A DNA stretch of 63,657 bases, filler included, from Rozella allomycis CSF55 (Eukaryota): the NCBI GenBank assembly GCA_000442015.1. It is 5 parts of 5 records of this genome, joined end to end, with 100 filler letters (N's around TTAATTAATTAA, not from the genome) between each part and the next. Parts side by side here need not be neighbours in the genome. Positions count along the whole stretch, not along the records: positions 49,675 to 51,446 come from KE561328.1; positions 51,547 to 63,657 come from KE561329.1; 3 more parts are not named here. One strand, given 5' to 3'. Positions 51,180 to 63,657 of the stretch are shown piece by piece; position 1 is the first letter of the stretch; the number at the start of each line of letters is the position of its first letter. The translations under genes were made by a program, and so were the position numbers. A model generated the notes under the pieces. It saw nothing but the letters and a program-made list of their open reading frames with translations, was not told the DNA's origin and searched no databases.

Positions 51180-51446
51180 TCATTGTTCTCTTAATATGAA
51201 TTGTCTATCTGTCTCGTTGCTCCACATCTTAAAGGTCTTGTCCATACTGCCGCTGACAATACATGTTCCATCACCACTAACGTCACAGCTCATCACTTTC
51301 CCTTCATGATCATTTAGCGTTGCTATCAACTTCCAATCTCCACTGCCCCAGAGTTTGCATGTACCATCAAATGAACTACTCATAAAATACTCACCGCTAG
51401 CATGATATTTCACACACGATATTAATGATGTGTGCGCTGGAATTGT
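51180..51446 (-). CDS. PRP4: U4/U6 snRNP WD40 protein Prp4, C-terminal fragment
   Basis: TIPAHTSLISCVKY...SSSFDGTCKLW..DWKLIATLNDHEGKVMSCDVS...DKTFKMW. Confidence 0.8.
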   Translation of the reverse strand, partial: TIPAHTSLISCVKYHASGEYFMSSSFDGTCKLWGSGDWKLIATLNDHEGKVMSCDVSGDGTCIVSGSMDKTFKMWSNETDRQFILREQ

Positions 51447-51546
51447 NNNNNNNNNNNNNNNNNNNNNNNNNNNNNNNNNNNNNNNNNNNNTTAATTAATT
51501 AANNNNNNNNNNNNNNNNNNNNNNNNNNNNNNNNNNNNNNNNNNNN

Positions 51547-54500
51547 TCGATGAACAAACTATTATTGATTCTATAGATCCATATTTTTACAGCCAATGGT
51601 CACCAAATGAAAACAGATCTATAGATGTAATTTTCTCAGTGTCTCTTTACCAAGGATATTGATATTTTCGATCCAACAATTTTGAAATCAAGCATAAGAA
51701 AGTATGAAAAGGCCTTGGACGCTGTAAACAATAAACTAACAAACTATATAATGGAGTCGTCTTCATCGTTTGGTAACGAGAAAGTGAAATTTGAAATTTA
51801 GTCGAAGGATTAAGTATCGTCCATGAAATGAAGAATGACCTAAATTTGACTTTAAATATTTGTAAAAATGGCAGAAAGCATCTGGAAAATACAAAGAAGG
51901 GTTTAAGTGACGAGGGATTCTTGATTATATCAAAGTCGGACATGAAACAACAAGTTATAGTAACGTTACAGCTACATTTGAACTAGCAATTGATTAATGA
52001 AGTGGAAATAATTACATCAATCAATAATTCATATAAAGTAATCATAATAGCCAAAAAATTAGAGTCTCTAAATGAAGCCATAAAGAAGGGCAAATATCAT
52101 GAGGCTGTAGATTATTGTTCTTTCTGTTTTAAAGAAGCCAATAAAATTAAGAAATACTCTTCCGTCGAGAAACTTTTGCCCAAGATATCTGAAGCCTATG
52201 AATTTACAGAGCATACAATAGAAAGCACAATCATTTCTTGTTGTAGCAATTTCAACGCTGAAGCATATGAAAACAGCATTCTTGGGTAATCAATTAAGAA
52301 TAAAGTGGTATTAGTTTTAGCAATTTAGGTAAAGTTGGCAGGATTGCGGAGTTGCATANCTGTAGCAATTTCAACGCTGAATCATATGAAAACAGCATTC
52401 TTGGGTAATTAATTAAGAATAAAGTGATATTAGTTTTAGCAATTTAGGTAAAGTTGGCAGGATTGCGGAGTTGCATAATCAAGCATATGTAGATCAAATT
52501 CATGACATTTGCACCAAAACGATTGCGAAATATGCAGCTTCAAAGACTCCAAAGGAAGAACTTTGCAAGTATCAACATTTTGTCACTATAACGATAGAAC
52601 ACCAATCAAAGAATTAACCATGATGATTCAAACGGAAGAAGATTTTAAGAGTTGTAGCAAAGAGCTTTTCCACAATTTTTTCAATATTTTTTGCTCGTTT
52701 CAAAACTTTATCAGGTGGTTTGAGCAAAGGGAAAAGTAAAAACAATTTTCGTCATAGACAGTGTATCTGATGATATTAAGTCCTTTTTCAATGAGGTCAA
52801 AAACAGGTTGGATAGGCAAAAGAAGCTTTTATGGGAGGTATGAAAATAAGCAGTGTTTGATTTAAAGGATATGCAACGAAAGATTGTTAACTTTATAACT
52901 GCTCGATCCTTGGTTGAATTTAGTATTGATTGCTTTATTGAAATCGCCAACTTGACAAATAAGGTGAATAATACTAGTCGAACTGATTAGATGATGAGAA
53001 TAGGCGATGAATTTTGTCAAAATTCCGCTGGCATCTTGAAGGCGACGATGAAACAAGTTTTACTTGCATATTTCAATATCTTTCATATGAAGCGATTTGA
53101 AGAATTGTATACAATACTTGATAGTGACACTTGGAAACATATCCCCAATATTAATCAAATGCTACTGAATCGTACAATATAGCCAATTTGATTTCAGTTA
53201 GAAGTTTGTGAAATTATACCTTTATCTACAACTGAAAATATAGAGTTTATTAGCCAGAAAAATCCCTTNCGCTACTGAATCGTACAATATAGCCAATTTG
53301 ATTTCAATTAGAGGTTTGTGAAATTATTCCTTTATCTACAACTGAAAATATAGAGTTTATTAGCCAGAAAAATCCCTTTAAATTGGTCAATGAACCCAAA
53401 CCATTGGCGTTTGCTAAAGAAGTTAAACAAGACAAATCTACGAAAGGTAAAGTTTGGCCGTGGATATATTAGACATTATAATCTGCTCATCATCTTTTGG
53501 ATTTATAAAGATTTTAGTAAAATATCAAAAGTTGCTAGAACCATTCAATCTAATTGAAAATGAAATCATTCATTCTGTACAGCAGATACTAGATTACTAT
53601 CTATTTTCAGTTCTTTCCTTTGCATCAATGGATATTAAATCGTATGAAATATTTGGAATATCTCTAAGTAATTCAAATAATTAAACATTTCAGTTTCTAA
53701 TGATCTGAAAGCAGCCATTGGTAGATGGAAAGATATCTATGGTGAAAGTATAACTGATACTGCCCTTAAAACATTGCAGTCTTCATCAGTACAGAAGAAG
53801 ATTAAAGTTCCTAATTATGGGAAATTGGCTGTTCAAATGTCTACTCAAACAAATTCTTTTGGTATTTTAGAAAGGATCACCGCCTCAGAATCCCTCTTGT
53901 CCGTTGCATTATGTCTACAAAACTCTAACTTACCGTCCAATGAAGGATACAAAAATTTAGTGTCTGATGTTTTTGCAATAAGAAAATTGATTTTGCATCA
54001 AGTGTGTAGAAAGGCGATAAACGTAATGAATCCGCTAGCTTCTCATTCAGATGGACGCACTTGTTTCTGCAATATCTGCATCAAAATATGATCTTAAAGA
54101 AATGGGAACTGATAATAGTCCATTCATAGGTAATATAACACCTGATCATGGACATAGATATCGCAGCCAAGGAATTTCAATCGTTCTTTTCAAAATTGAA
54201 TCCATTGAAAAAGGATTACCTTGTCCACAAACTTTATGAACAATTAGGAGACTGCCTGAGTCAGATTGTTAGTTGGTGCATGGTTGAAGGATTTTCGAGG
54301 ATTAAAAAGGTATAGAATTGGTTTAATAAATTAGAAGTGTACAAACGAAGGAAGAGCGTGTATGCAATTAGATGCTAATTTGCTGCTAGCTACAATTGAA
54401 AAACTATCAGAAAGAAAGTAATAAGTAGTCATTTTTTTCAAAGATATGCCAACCATCAAATATTTGTGCAAGAATACATCAAAGCGTATTATCTTCAAGA

Positions 54501-54686
54501 ACATGAAGTGGAAAATTGGGTGAAATCACATCGAGTAAAACTTATTGTAGTTTAAAATAGACCATTTATACAATTAAACAACTTTCACAACTAGTTCAGT
54601 TGCTTATGCAAGCAATACCATCCTCAAATAAAAAATTAAGATTGAAATATCAGCAAGTAATTGACGATCTTTTAATTCAAGCTTAA
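51547..54686 (+). CDS. VPS50: Vps50/syndetin (EARP complex), 5'-partial
   Basis: VEGFSRIKKCTNEGRACMQLD, YIKAYYL, GILERITASESL; many introns; allelic duplicates at N 52359 and 53269. Confidence 0.85.
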
Positions 54687-54733
54687 AAATAAATTTATAA
54701 AAATATATTTCAAGGTTAATTTTTAATTTACTT

Positions 54734-55720
54734 TTAATCTTTCAAAATTTTCCCTTTGTGAGAATGAATCCTTTTTTCCAAAGTTTCGTATGATGCACTA
54801 GCTTCTTTTTCAAGATTACGAATAAATTTATTTGCATCACGGGAACCCGAATCATTGTCTACCTTGACTTGTCTTTCATCTTTCATTTTGTATGAATTTA
54901 TTCTCTCTAATCTAGCCTTTTCATTCCATTCAGCATCTTTTTGCATTTCCTCCAGCTTTTTTCTTTTTTCTTCCTCAGTCATTGATCTTTTTTGGCGACT
55001 ATCGCGATGACGCCCTTCTTCCCTTGAACGACGATATTGAGGAGACCGTGATCGATCCCTCGAATACCTTCCGTTATTAGAATATCTATTATTCCTTGGG
55101 GACCTTGATCTTGATCTTACACGATTCCTATATGGGTCCTTCTCTGGAGCTTCGTCTTTATGGGAATGCCTGTCTTTCTTGCCCTTTTCAGATTTCCCCA
55201 TCTTCACTTTCAATTCTTTAACTTTAGCTGGATTATTCATTAGTTTCTGAATAGCCATCATTTCTCTCTTCTTAATTGCAAATAATGGATCTTCCCGCAT
55301 CTTGGCTTCTAAATCTCTTTCAGTGTTTGCATTGATAGTACCTAATAAGAGTGCACCACCTGCATTTTCAACCTACTAAATACTAAATTAAACAAATACT
55401 TCTTTCAAAAGTGGAGCTGTTTCAATATCTTCATCTACTCTGCGTTTTCCCAATAGATACTCTTCATTAAGCTGTTGAGAATTGACTCCTTGGCCAGAGT
55501 ACATCCATTCGAGTCTATCTGGTCTCCGTTCTATTAACCCGGCTTCTTCTTGCAATCTTTTATACTCTTCCGCTTTTCTTTGTTCCTCCATTTCTTTAGC
55601 AACTTGAAGGGCTTTCTGATATTCTTTTTCAAGTTTTTGCTCTCTTTTCCATACATCCTCCATATTTTTATATGTTCCCGGATGCCAGCTCTTCTTCAAG
55701 TTCAAATCTCCTCCTCCCAT
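54734..55720 (-). CDS. CWC25: Splicing factor Cwc25
   Basis: MGGGDLNLKKSWHP, RLEWMY, MREDPLFAIK; one intron. Confidence 0.95.
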
Positions 55721-56000
55721 TCTCTAGTTGTATTTCTGAAATTTCGCAATGACTTTTAAACGTTATAGGAAAATTATTCCATATCAATAGATGAACAAAT
55801 TTTATTTAAAATTAAATGGTTTATGGAAGGCTCCTCAGAATAATTGACGCATTCCCTTTTGCTAAAGTGAAACTGGTATACCACATTGGTATTTGGTTTC
55901 GATGTTTGTACATCAGTACATGTTTTTCTTTTTACAACAAATCTTCATTACAAGTAACTTAAAAGTTGCCCTCTTATATTTGAATTTTCACAAACTTCAT

Positions 56001-56326
56001 ATGACCCCATGGTTCTTGATCCAGCAATTTATTCACAATGCTATTTCAAAACCAGTATAAATTTATCATTTATTTCATAGTTATCAAGAAATAGGTCTTT
56101 TCAAAAAATAGCCGTCGCTATCCACCAACGATTGGAGAGGTTGCAGGGAAGAAATGGAGACATAAACCCTTACGCAAATAACTATCACATTGAAGATCAA
56201 AGAGACGTAAAGCTTGATGACTTGATCGATGATCCGAAATTGAGAGAACAAATAGCCCGAAAGAAAAACTTTCTCAAATTTTTTGCCGAGGAGTTTATAA
56301 AGGAGTTAAAAGGGAGAAAGAAATAA
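56001..56326 (+). CDS. Small protein, possibly Mrx7-like
   Basis: Spliced MTPWFLIQQFIHNAISKPLSRNRSFQKIAVAIHQRLE...FLKFFAEEFIKELKGRKK; start uncertain (could be 55816). Confidence 0.4.
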
Positions 56327-56416
56327 CATCTTTGTTCAAAGCTTAAGAATGCATAACGTTTATCTCATACAAATGAAATTTTTAATAAATATTGATTTAC
56401 CGATAAGTGATAATTT

Positions 56417-57504
56417 ATGAAAAGTTCTGACGTAATCATAGTAGGAGCAGGTATCGCAGGGCTATCAGCGTCTCTTCAATTATCAAAATGCGGAATTAAA
56501 AATATTCTTCTGGAGAAATCAAATTCTGTCGGTGGACGCCTTGCAACGCGGTGGATCGATAGTCATGGCAAACGATTTGTTTTTGATCACGGTGCACAGT
56601 TTTTCACAACAAGGTCAAATGTTTTTAAATCTTATGTTTCCGAATTGGTTGGAATGAGTGTAGTAAAGGTTTGGTGCCAAGGATTTCCTGTCATCGAAGA
56701 TTGTAACACCGAAACCTCATTAAAGATACCCACTTATGGACATAATAGATACATAGGAGTTAAAGGAATGAATTCTGTTGCGAAACATTTGCAACACGAA
56801 ATATTGACTTTGAACAAGACTGAATTGTTCTTGAATTCCAAGGTAAATTTAGACACAAAGCTTAAAAGGTGTTAAAAATTGTGCCAAATGAAATTTGCTG
56901 GAGAGTAATGATGAATGATTCATCAATTATTGAGGGGAAATACCTAGTGTTAACATGTCCCGTCCCACAATCCCTCGCCATTATAGAAGAGGTTATTTCC
57001 GAACAAGAAAAAGAAGAATTATCTAAAGTAGAATATCAATCGACAATAGCATTGCTATTGGCATTTCCCAACACTAATTCATCAATTATACCACGACCGG
57101 GCGGCATTAGGATCACCTGCCAAAAGAGCCCAATATATTGGATTGCTTCACAGAAATGCAAAGATCTAATCACTGATGGGGATGGTCTCGTTATTCACAT
57201 GAAAGAAAACTGGTCTAATGAACATTACGGAATGTCAGACGAATGGATTATTGAAAATATTAAAGAAGCATTGAAATCAAACCTAGAGAAAATCGGAATA
57301 ACGATTCCCAACGAATGTATACATTCTTTGAAACGATGGCGATATGCTACACCAAAGACCACCGCGACTGAAAGTTTTTTGAGTTTTTATGATGGCACTT
57401 TATTTTTAGCTGGAGATGCCTTTAATGCGTCTAAGGTTGAGGGTGCATTTCTTAGTGGCCTTGATGCTGCAAACACGATAATAAATAAATTACATATTGG
57501 CTGA
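56417..57504 (+). CDS. Renalase-like FAD-dependent oxidoreductase
   Basis: GAGIAG, EKS..VGGRLATR, FDHGAQFFT, RWRYA, AGDAF..SKVEGAFLSG; intron 56843-56868. Confidence 0.9.
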
Positions 57505-57525
57505 GCCATCAATTTAGGTTGTGAT

Positions 57526-58140
57526 ATGTCTCTTTTTTCAAAAACACTAATAAGCAATGAATTGCAAAGTACTCTTCCAAAAGGATTTATTTTGAGACCT
57601 TTAGAGCCAAGTGATTATGAAAAAGGTTTATCTCTGTCCATTTTTCGATTAGGTTTTCTTGAGGTCTTGGGTCAATTAACGGTTGTAGGGAATGTAGATA
57701 AGGATACTTTTATGGGTAATTTCATATGGTAGCTTTAAAAGATCAATTCTACTACATGAAGAATAGAAATAATGAGTATTTCACCATCGTCATTGAAGAT
57801 ACACAAAGGCGTCGTGTTGTAGCTGCTGGAACCGTATTAGTGGAACGCAAATTCGTCCATATGATTGGAAAAGTAGTTTTTTGCAACGAATATATTTTAG
57901 GTTGGTCACATAGAAGATATTGTTGTGAATAAGGAGTACCGCGGTCAAAATTTTGGAAAATGGATTATAGAGCAATTGAAGCACATTGGAAAGCAAGTTG
58001 GATGTTATAAGATTATTTTGGATTGTTCTGAAAAGAACGTCCCCTTTTATGAAAAATGTGGGTTCACAAAGAAGGAAGTTGAGATGGCATGGTACATCCC
58101 GGAAAATGACCCGACTGAAAAATTAAAGGCAAAAATATAA
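57526..58140 (+). CDS. GNA1: Glucosamine-6-phosphate N-acetyltransferase
   Basis: RPL..SDYEKGFLEVLGQLT, ERKFVH, GHIEDIVV, GCYKIILDC, FYEKCGF; three introns. Confidence 0.93.
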
Positions 58141-58168
58141 ATCTACCGATTTGAAGTTTATTTTCGGT

Positions 58169-59570
58169 TTAAAATTCCATGGCTTCTACCTTACTTGTAT
58201 TCATTGTAACTTACGTGGACCATCTTTCGCCATGTCTCGCAAGAAGATATTAAATCTGTTAATATATTTCGCCATTCTAGTCTTTTTATAATCTTTGGCA
58301 AATAATTGGAATGTTTACCTGGTGCTTCTTCTTGAGACTTTTCAAATGCTGTATCGCAAACTTCATAAACTGTAGGTGCACTAGTAGGATCGAATTCATC
58401 GATATCTATAATCGGAACACAAATTCTTCCAGTTTTTGGATGAACACAAAAAGGACTTTTGAGTAAATGGTTCAATCCAATACTCACATTTGTATCGATT
58501 CGTGGATACAGTAACTGAAAAATTATATCCTATTTCATATTTGAGACTCTATTACTCTATAATTCGAATGCTCCAATTTAGGAACTATTCTTTGCCATCT
58601 TTCTACCGATGTCATTGTTGAATTCCAACCTGGTTCCTTTTCAATATTTTTGAGAGCTATATCGTTAAAAATAACAGATTACATTCCTTTGAAATGAGAT
58701 TGAGAATTTTATTGAAATCTTTGCCTTCACCCAAAAGATCTTGATCTACAATCATGGTTTTCACGATGTATTGTTCCAGCAATTTCTCAGCTTCCCTAGT
58801 TGAAATGCATGAGAAAAAAATTACAATAAGAATGGATGAGGTTGTGTTCCAATGTTTACTTTCTTTTTAATATCCGCTCCTCCTTTTATAACTTCCAAGT
58901 AAGAAATAACTGCCTTTCTTGCAGCGGCATCCATTTTCCTTGCACGTTCATCACAGACCCAACAATGTATACCTCTTCTACCTGAGTATACCCATAGAAG
59001 GTGCTTAAAACCAAAATCTTCTGAAATTAAAAGCAAAATATCACAAAACCTCTTAAAGATTTGTCAATGATTTTATAGGCGACCACTATAAACATCCAAC
59101 ATTTGTTGCAAATATTTGCTTCCCTTTTTCATTTAAGAATATACGCTTTACGAGCAGCACGTTCTCACTTCGTCATAATCAGTCAAATCAATATCCACCA
59201 CCATTTCTTTCTCAACTGGCTTAAATACTGACGCGTTTAGAGATTTTTTCTCGGAGGGTTTAGCAGTATAAACAGCTCCAATATCCAATTTTGCAGGATT
59301 GAGTTTCATGATATCTTTCTTGAAATCCTCATCGTTGTCAAAGGACATAAATCTAATGCAGGTGTCATTTAATAATGTAACAGATAATTCTCTCCTGGCA
59401 AAGTAACTATTTGAGGGATCTATAAGAACTTGGCTATTTTTGTACCTCCATAATTTAACCATTTAAAGAGCTCTTTAAACGGAAAGAATTTTTGATAATA
59501 TATTGTCAGATAATCTGATAGTTCACTTAATTCCAAAAGGGATGGATTATTACTGACTGATGTCTACCAT
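58169..59570 (-). CDS. PRI1: DNA primase small subunit
   Basis: [50 protein letters not shown]; about nine introns. Confidence 0.95.
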
Positions 59571-60039
59571 TTCAACTGTGGCTTGTGAAGAAAAGGCCGG
59601 TCCAGTTTTCGGAGCAAAACGTATTTTTGAATTTCTGTTAACAAAGGATTATTTATTGTTCCAGATAGTTTTGATTTACGTCACATTTTGATTCGGAGTA
59701 TGTTTTCCTTCTATAACCATAAGTCTGGACACATATTTTAGAGTTCCCTTAAATGTATGTGTGAATCTTTACGTTAAACATTGACAGAGTCGTATTTTTG
59801 AACGTTTACAACCGTCATGGGTGCGTTCAGTCAATGTGAGAACAAATTCCTGGACGTAGTAAAACAGGTCGGACTAACGAGAGATGACATATGTATACAA
59901 ATCGTTCCAACATGCAGTGCTTCTCCTCTGTCTTAAGATTCTATAGGTGAACTTTTGTTCAATTTTATTAGTGGTCAAACATATCTATAAATAGATTAGT
60001 TTCACATAAAATTTCAGTTGTGGCTAAGCCATCAATACC

Positions 60040-61989
60040 ATGGCAGATGATGAGAAATTTGCAGAGCAAGTTATTTACGACATAATAGGCCAAATATTAC
60101 TTGAAGAAAAAGAAAATGATTTAGTAAAACCGATTCTCGAAGCTGCAAGGATGGGCCGATTTGACAGAGTTTTCGATAGTATTGGGAGTTTTGAAAATGT
60201 GTTCAAATATCAAGATAGTCATGGAATGACCCTGTTACATTATAGTGTTGTCTACGGCAATATTTCAGCTGCTAAAATGTTTATTCAAAAAGGCTCGCCA
60301 TTGAATTTAAAGAATCGAGAGGCAGGAGCGACACCTCTACATTTAGCTGTGAAGTAAGGATTATCTTTGACATAGATAATAGAGATGGTTTTCTGGATAT
60401 TGTTCAAATTTTGGTTGAAAATGGAGCGGATGTTGTTGTCGGTGACCATGTGGGCCATAGTTCTATACATTACGCAGCGATATATGATTACGCTTACATA
60501 TTAAACTACTTAATAATGACTAGCCATGTTCATCCAGATATACCCGATTTGCATGGACGCACGCCTTTAATGTGGGCGTTATTCAAAAATTCTTCTTTGC
60601 TAACAGTTAAATCACTGGTTAGATTGGGCGCAGATTTGAATTACAAAACAACGTTCAATGAATGCCCACTTAATTCTGCGTTGCTGTCGAATTCTGCAAC
60701 TTTGATTGATTTCGTGCTGTGCCATTTGTCAAAAATTGAATTAAACAAAGAGGACATCGAACTCATTGGGGCAATTTACTTTTCTCGAATACACAAAATC
60801 TCTAAAAAGATTTCTTTTCTCGCGGGGAAAATTTTGTCATCAGTAAGACATAATCAATCGTTTTGGGTATGTTGATACTGCTAATAATATAGGAATCTTT
60901 CGCGGAAATATTTAACCTTGTCTGTTCTGTACTATGTTTTGGACTGGTTCCCTTCATTCTTGGTCAGTTTAAAGCACAGTTATCACTGTTTCTTTCACTA
61001 TCATTAGTTATAGTGTCAATAGTTTTCCAAGCTGGAATATCTTATTTAATATCACCAAGACATAAAGCTAATACTTCATCAGCCTTTTCCGCTGTCGTTA
61101 TTGTACTTTTATATGCTACTTTGGCCATTTCCATTATATATTCCACACCGTCAGGAAAAGCGAATATATGGGTGAATATTTCTGAAATTGCAGTACATCT
61201 TTCTTGTATCTTTTCATACCATGTTGTTATGTATTCGGATCCAGGAACAGTCAAGAACGAAATGGACGAAAAATTCCAGTTTATTAGATTCAACGAGGCA
61301 CTACAAGCTAAAAAATTCAACTCGAGAAGTTTTTGCCTCACCTGCATGGTAATTAATCGTGTCTAATTTTAATTAGGCTCGAAAGCCATTGAGATCGAAA
61401 CATTGTCAATCTTGTAACAAGTGCGTTGCAAAGTTTGACCATCATTGCAATTGGGTCAATAATTGTATCGGGTACAAAAATTACAGGGCATTTATTTTCT
61501 TTGTTTTTTGTATGTTCTTAGGTTTGATTCTACTAATTATTCAAACATCTTCTGGTAAGACACGATTTAAATTGACAAATAGTTTTAGCAGCCCATGCCG
61601 ATGGAAATTTTAGAAACATTATAAATTCGACTGATCCCAATTGTATATTTCAGGAAAGTATCTGCTCAAAATTATATCTTCCCGCCATTTCATTTTACAC
61701 AGTGCTAATTGCTAGTTTATTAACAATTTGGACTCCTATACTTCTATTTATGCATATTAGCCTTATTTCCAATAATCTTACGACAAATGAAAGAATGAAT
61801 TTCAAGAGGATAGAATATTTGCATGATCCACAATCTGGGAAATCACATACTCTTGATTTTGGATGTTTAGAGAATTGGATTTTTTTCTTTACTAGAAGAA
61901 AGCCTGTAAAGGGATGGAAAGAAGTCAGTGAATTGGAGGAAATAAAGAAAACAACCAGAATCAAGATTACCAGGCCCGTAATGGTGTAA
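60040..61989 (+). CDS. AKR1: Ankyrin-repeat DHHC palmitoyltransferase (Akr1/ZDHHC17-like)
   Basis: N-terminal ankyrins, TM helices, [33 protein letters not shown]. Confidence 0.9.
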
Positions 61990-62241
61990 ATTCAATTTTG
62001 AATAAATTCTATATAGAAATGTCAACTGCTTCTATCAATATTTTCCCGATCATACAAAACTTCATTATGTCCTTTACTTTAAATATGGTTATTGGAATTA
62101 TTGAGAGCTGCGAAAAAAACACTGGGAACGGTAAACCAGCCTATTTAGTTGAATTATACATCAGCAATCCTCAGGCAATGGGCATGAGTTGTTATACATA
62201 CTCAAATTTATACCAAACTTTACATTTTTAAATTTAATTTA

Positions 62242-63316
62242 TTACAAATCTGCTGACGCTTCGTACGCTCGCTCGACGATAAATTCTGTTCGCTGTTGCC
62301 TCTCCGATTGAGATTCCGACCGATATGGCCAATTAAAAGCAACTCCCGAAACGGGATCATAATTTATATCCTGTGAGATAGTAAATGTCTGTAGAATTCT
62401 AGAAAACCAAAATCCTTTGTTAATTTTGTCTGGCGAGGCATCCGATGTGGTACTTTTAGCACTAATTTCTGAATCTGATCTGGTCCGCTAATTAATTGAA
62501 AACAGCATTTGATTACCATTGTTTTATCTTCAGGAAATAGAAATGGCATGGCGAAGTGAAAAATCTTGGTTGGTAGAGTCCTATTTATACTTTTAATCTG
62601 ATCGAATTAAGATTAGATATGATATTTAATAACATTATTTAGTTTTACTCTATATGAGTCAGTAATATAGTACTAATTAAAGAAAATAGTTGAATAGATT
62701 TATTGGTTTTCTCTCATTTGGTTTGGAGGCGGGGTTACTTTCAATTAGTTGTTTTTTGGGTAAATTATTGGTGTTGTCAACAGAACCTGGTCTTGTTTTT
62801 ATACTTCCATTTGCTAGAAATTGGCGGCAATTTTTCAGTTTTGCTAATGGAGGAGGTTGGTTGGATCTGATTTTTTGCCATAATTAGGTTTGTTCTCGTA
62901 TTTTAGCTTTTTCAGTGATTTTTATCATTTTTTGAAGGGAAACGATTCCGAGACTAGAATGAAGAAAATTCAACTCAAGGCGTTGCTTCTGGAAAACTAA
63001 ATAATGCGATTCAATCAGATTAAAAGTATAAATAGGACTCTCGAGAACAAACCTAACAAAATAGGCCGTATTATCTAAAATCCACTACAGTCCCGAGTAA
63101 ATTCCCCATTGTGGCCGCGTGCAATCCGGTCAGTGGATCTTTATCAAGAAAAATTCGGTATGCCCTTATTATTGACTGGAATATCCCCATGTCCGAATCA
63201 ACATTTACGGAATCCGTCATCATAGTCACCAGATCAAATCGTGACAACAAATAACAATGACAACGGCATACCGATTCCATACTATCTTTATCATTTTTTG
63301 ACATTAGTTTGAACAT
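62242..63316 (-). pseudogene. Unidentified coding remnants flanking the TIR element
   Basis: Open frames at 63071-63316, 62364-62549 and a terminal frame ending ERAYEASADL* at 62242; no recognisable family. Confidence 0.35.
62575..63041. mobile_element. Non-autonomous TIR element (Tc1/mariner-like deletion derivative or MITE)
   Basis: 33-bp inverted repeats with one mismatch (62575-62607 AGAGTCCTATTTATACTTTTAATCTGATCGAAT; 63009-63041); internal minus-strand relic RQFLANGSIKTRPGS with an in-frame stop. Confidence 0.6.
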
Positions 63317-63657
63317 AGCATACCAAAACTACTCTTTAAGCGTTAGAATGTGTAAATAAAATATACTTTTCTTTGGTAACCTCACCTTTTCTTCAAGGCC
63401 ACATCATTTTTCGAAGAAGTATGGTGAAGCGAGTAGCCGAGTAACCGGGATGAGCCAATTAAACATTAAAAATCTAATTATGTGAGCGAAGCGAGTACAT
63501 ACTACAACCGCTAGAACAAAGGTTTTAGCTAAACGCAAAAATNACTACAACCGCTAGAACAAAGGTTTTAGCTAAACGCAAAAATGAAACAGGCGACTGC
63601 AAAATCACTTACTATTTAAACATACCATGCTTATCATATATATTATAGAATGGGTTT

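Noticed and set aside
63500-63585. Direct repeat of about 41 bp (CRISPR-like or tandem)
   Set aside because: Two copies flanking a single N: a contig overlap artefact.

Overview
AT-rich, very gene-dense eukaryotic scaffold with tiny spliceosomal introns (mostly 25-33 nt) and intergenic gaps often under 100 bp. Gene content (alternative oxidase, NoxR/p67phox, TMCO3, Vps50, AK5-like kinase, K40 alpha-tubulin, Crinkler-like nuclease) suggests an early-diverging zoosporic fungus or relative such as Rozella (inference, not verified). About 38 protein genes were reconstructed by hand across introns, including RNASEH2C and NoxR, which the ORF track misses, and CCDC174, which it shows only as an N-filled fragment. 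No rRNA, tRNA or CRISPR was recognised. The draft assembly has about 20 single-N joins, many with duplicated allelic flanks, four 100-bp gaps carrying an artificial TTAATTAATTAA linker, and one contig that is probably inverted. The most notable signal is in splicing. Three introns restore conserved protein motifs only if spliced at non-AG acceptors (GT-TG twice, GT-CG once) at the normal 26-29 nt length. One gene has two back-to-back 27-nt introns with no exon between them, plus a 3-nt microexon. Together these suggest length-defined, acceptor-relaxed and recursive splicing. Also notable: an intronless signal-peptide kinase in three variants (candidate effector), a Crinkler-like nuclease family with a kinase relic, a precisely intron-less duplicate junction, and a Tc1/mariner-like element with terminal inverted repeats.
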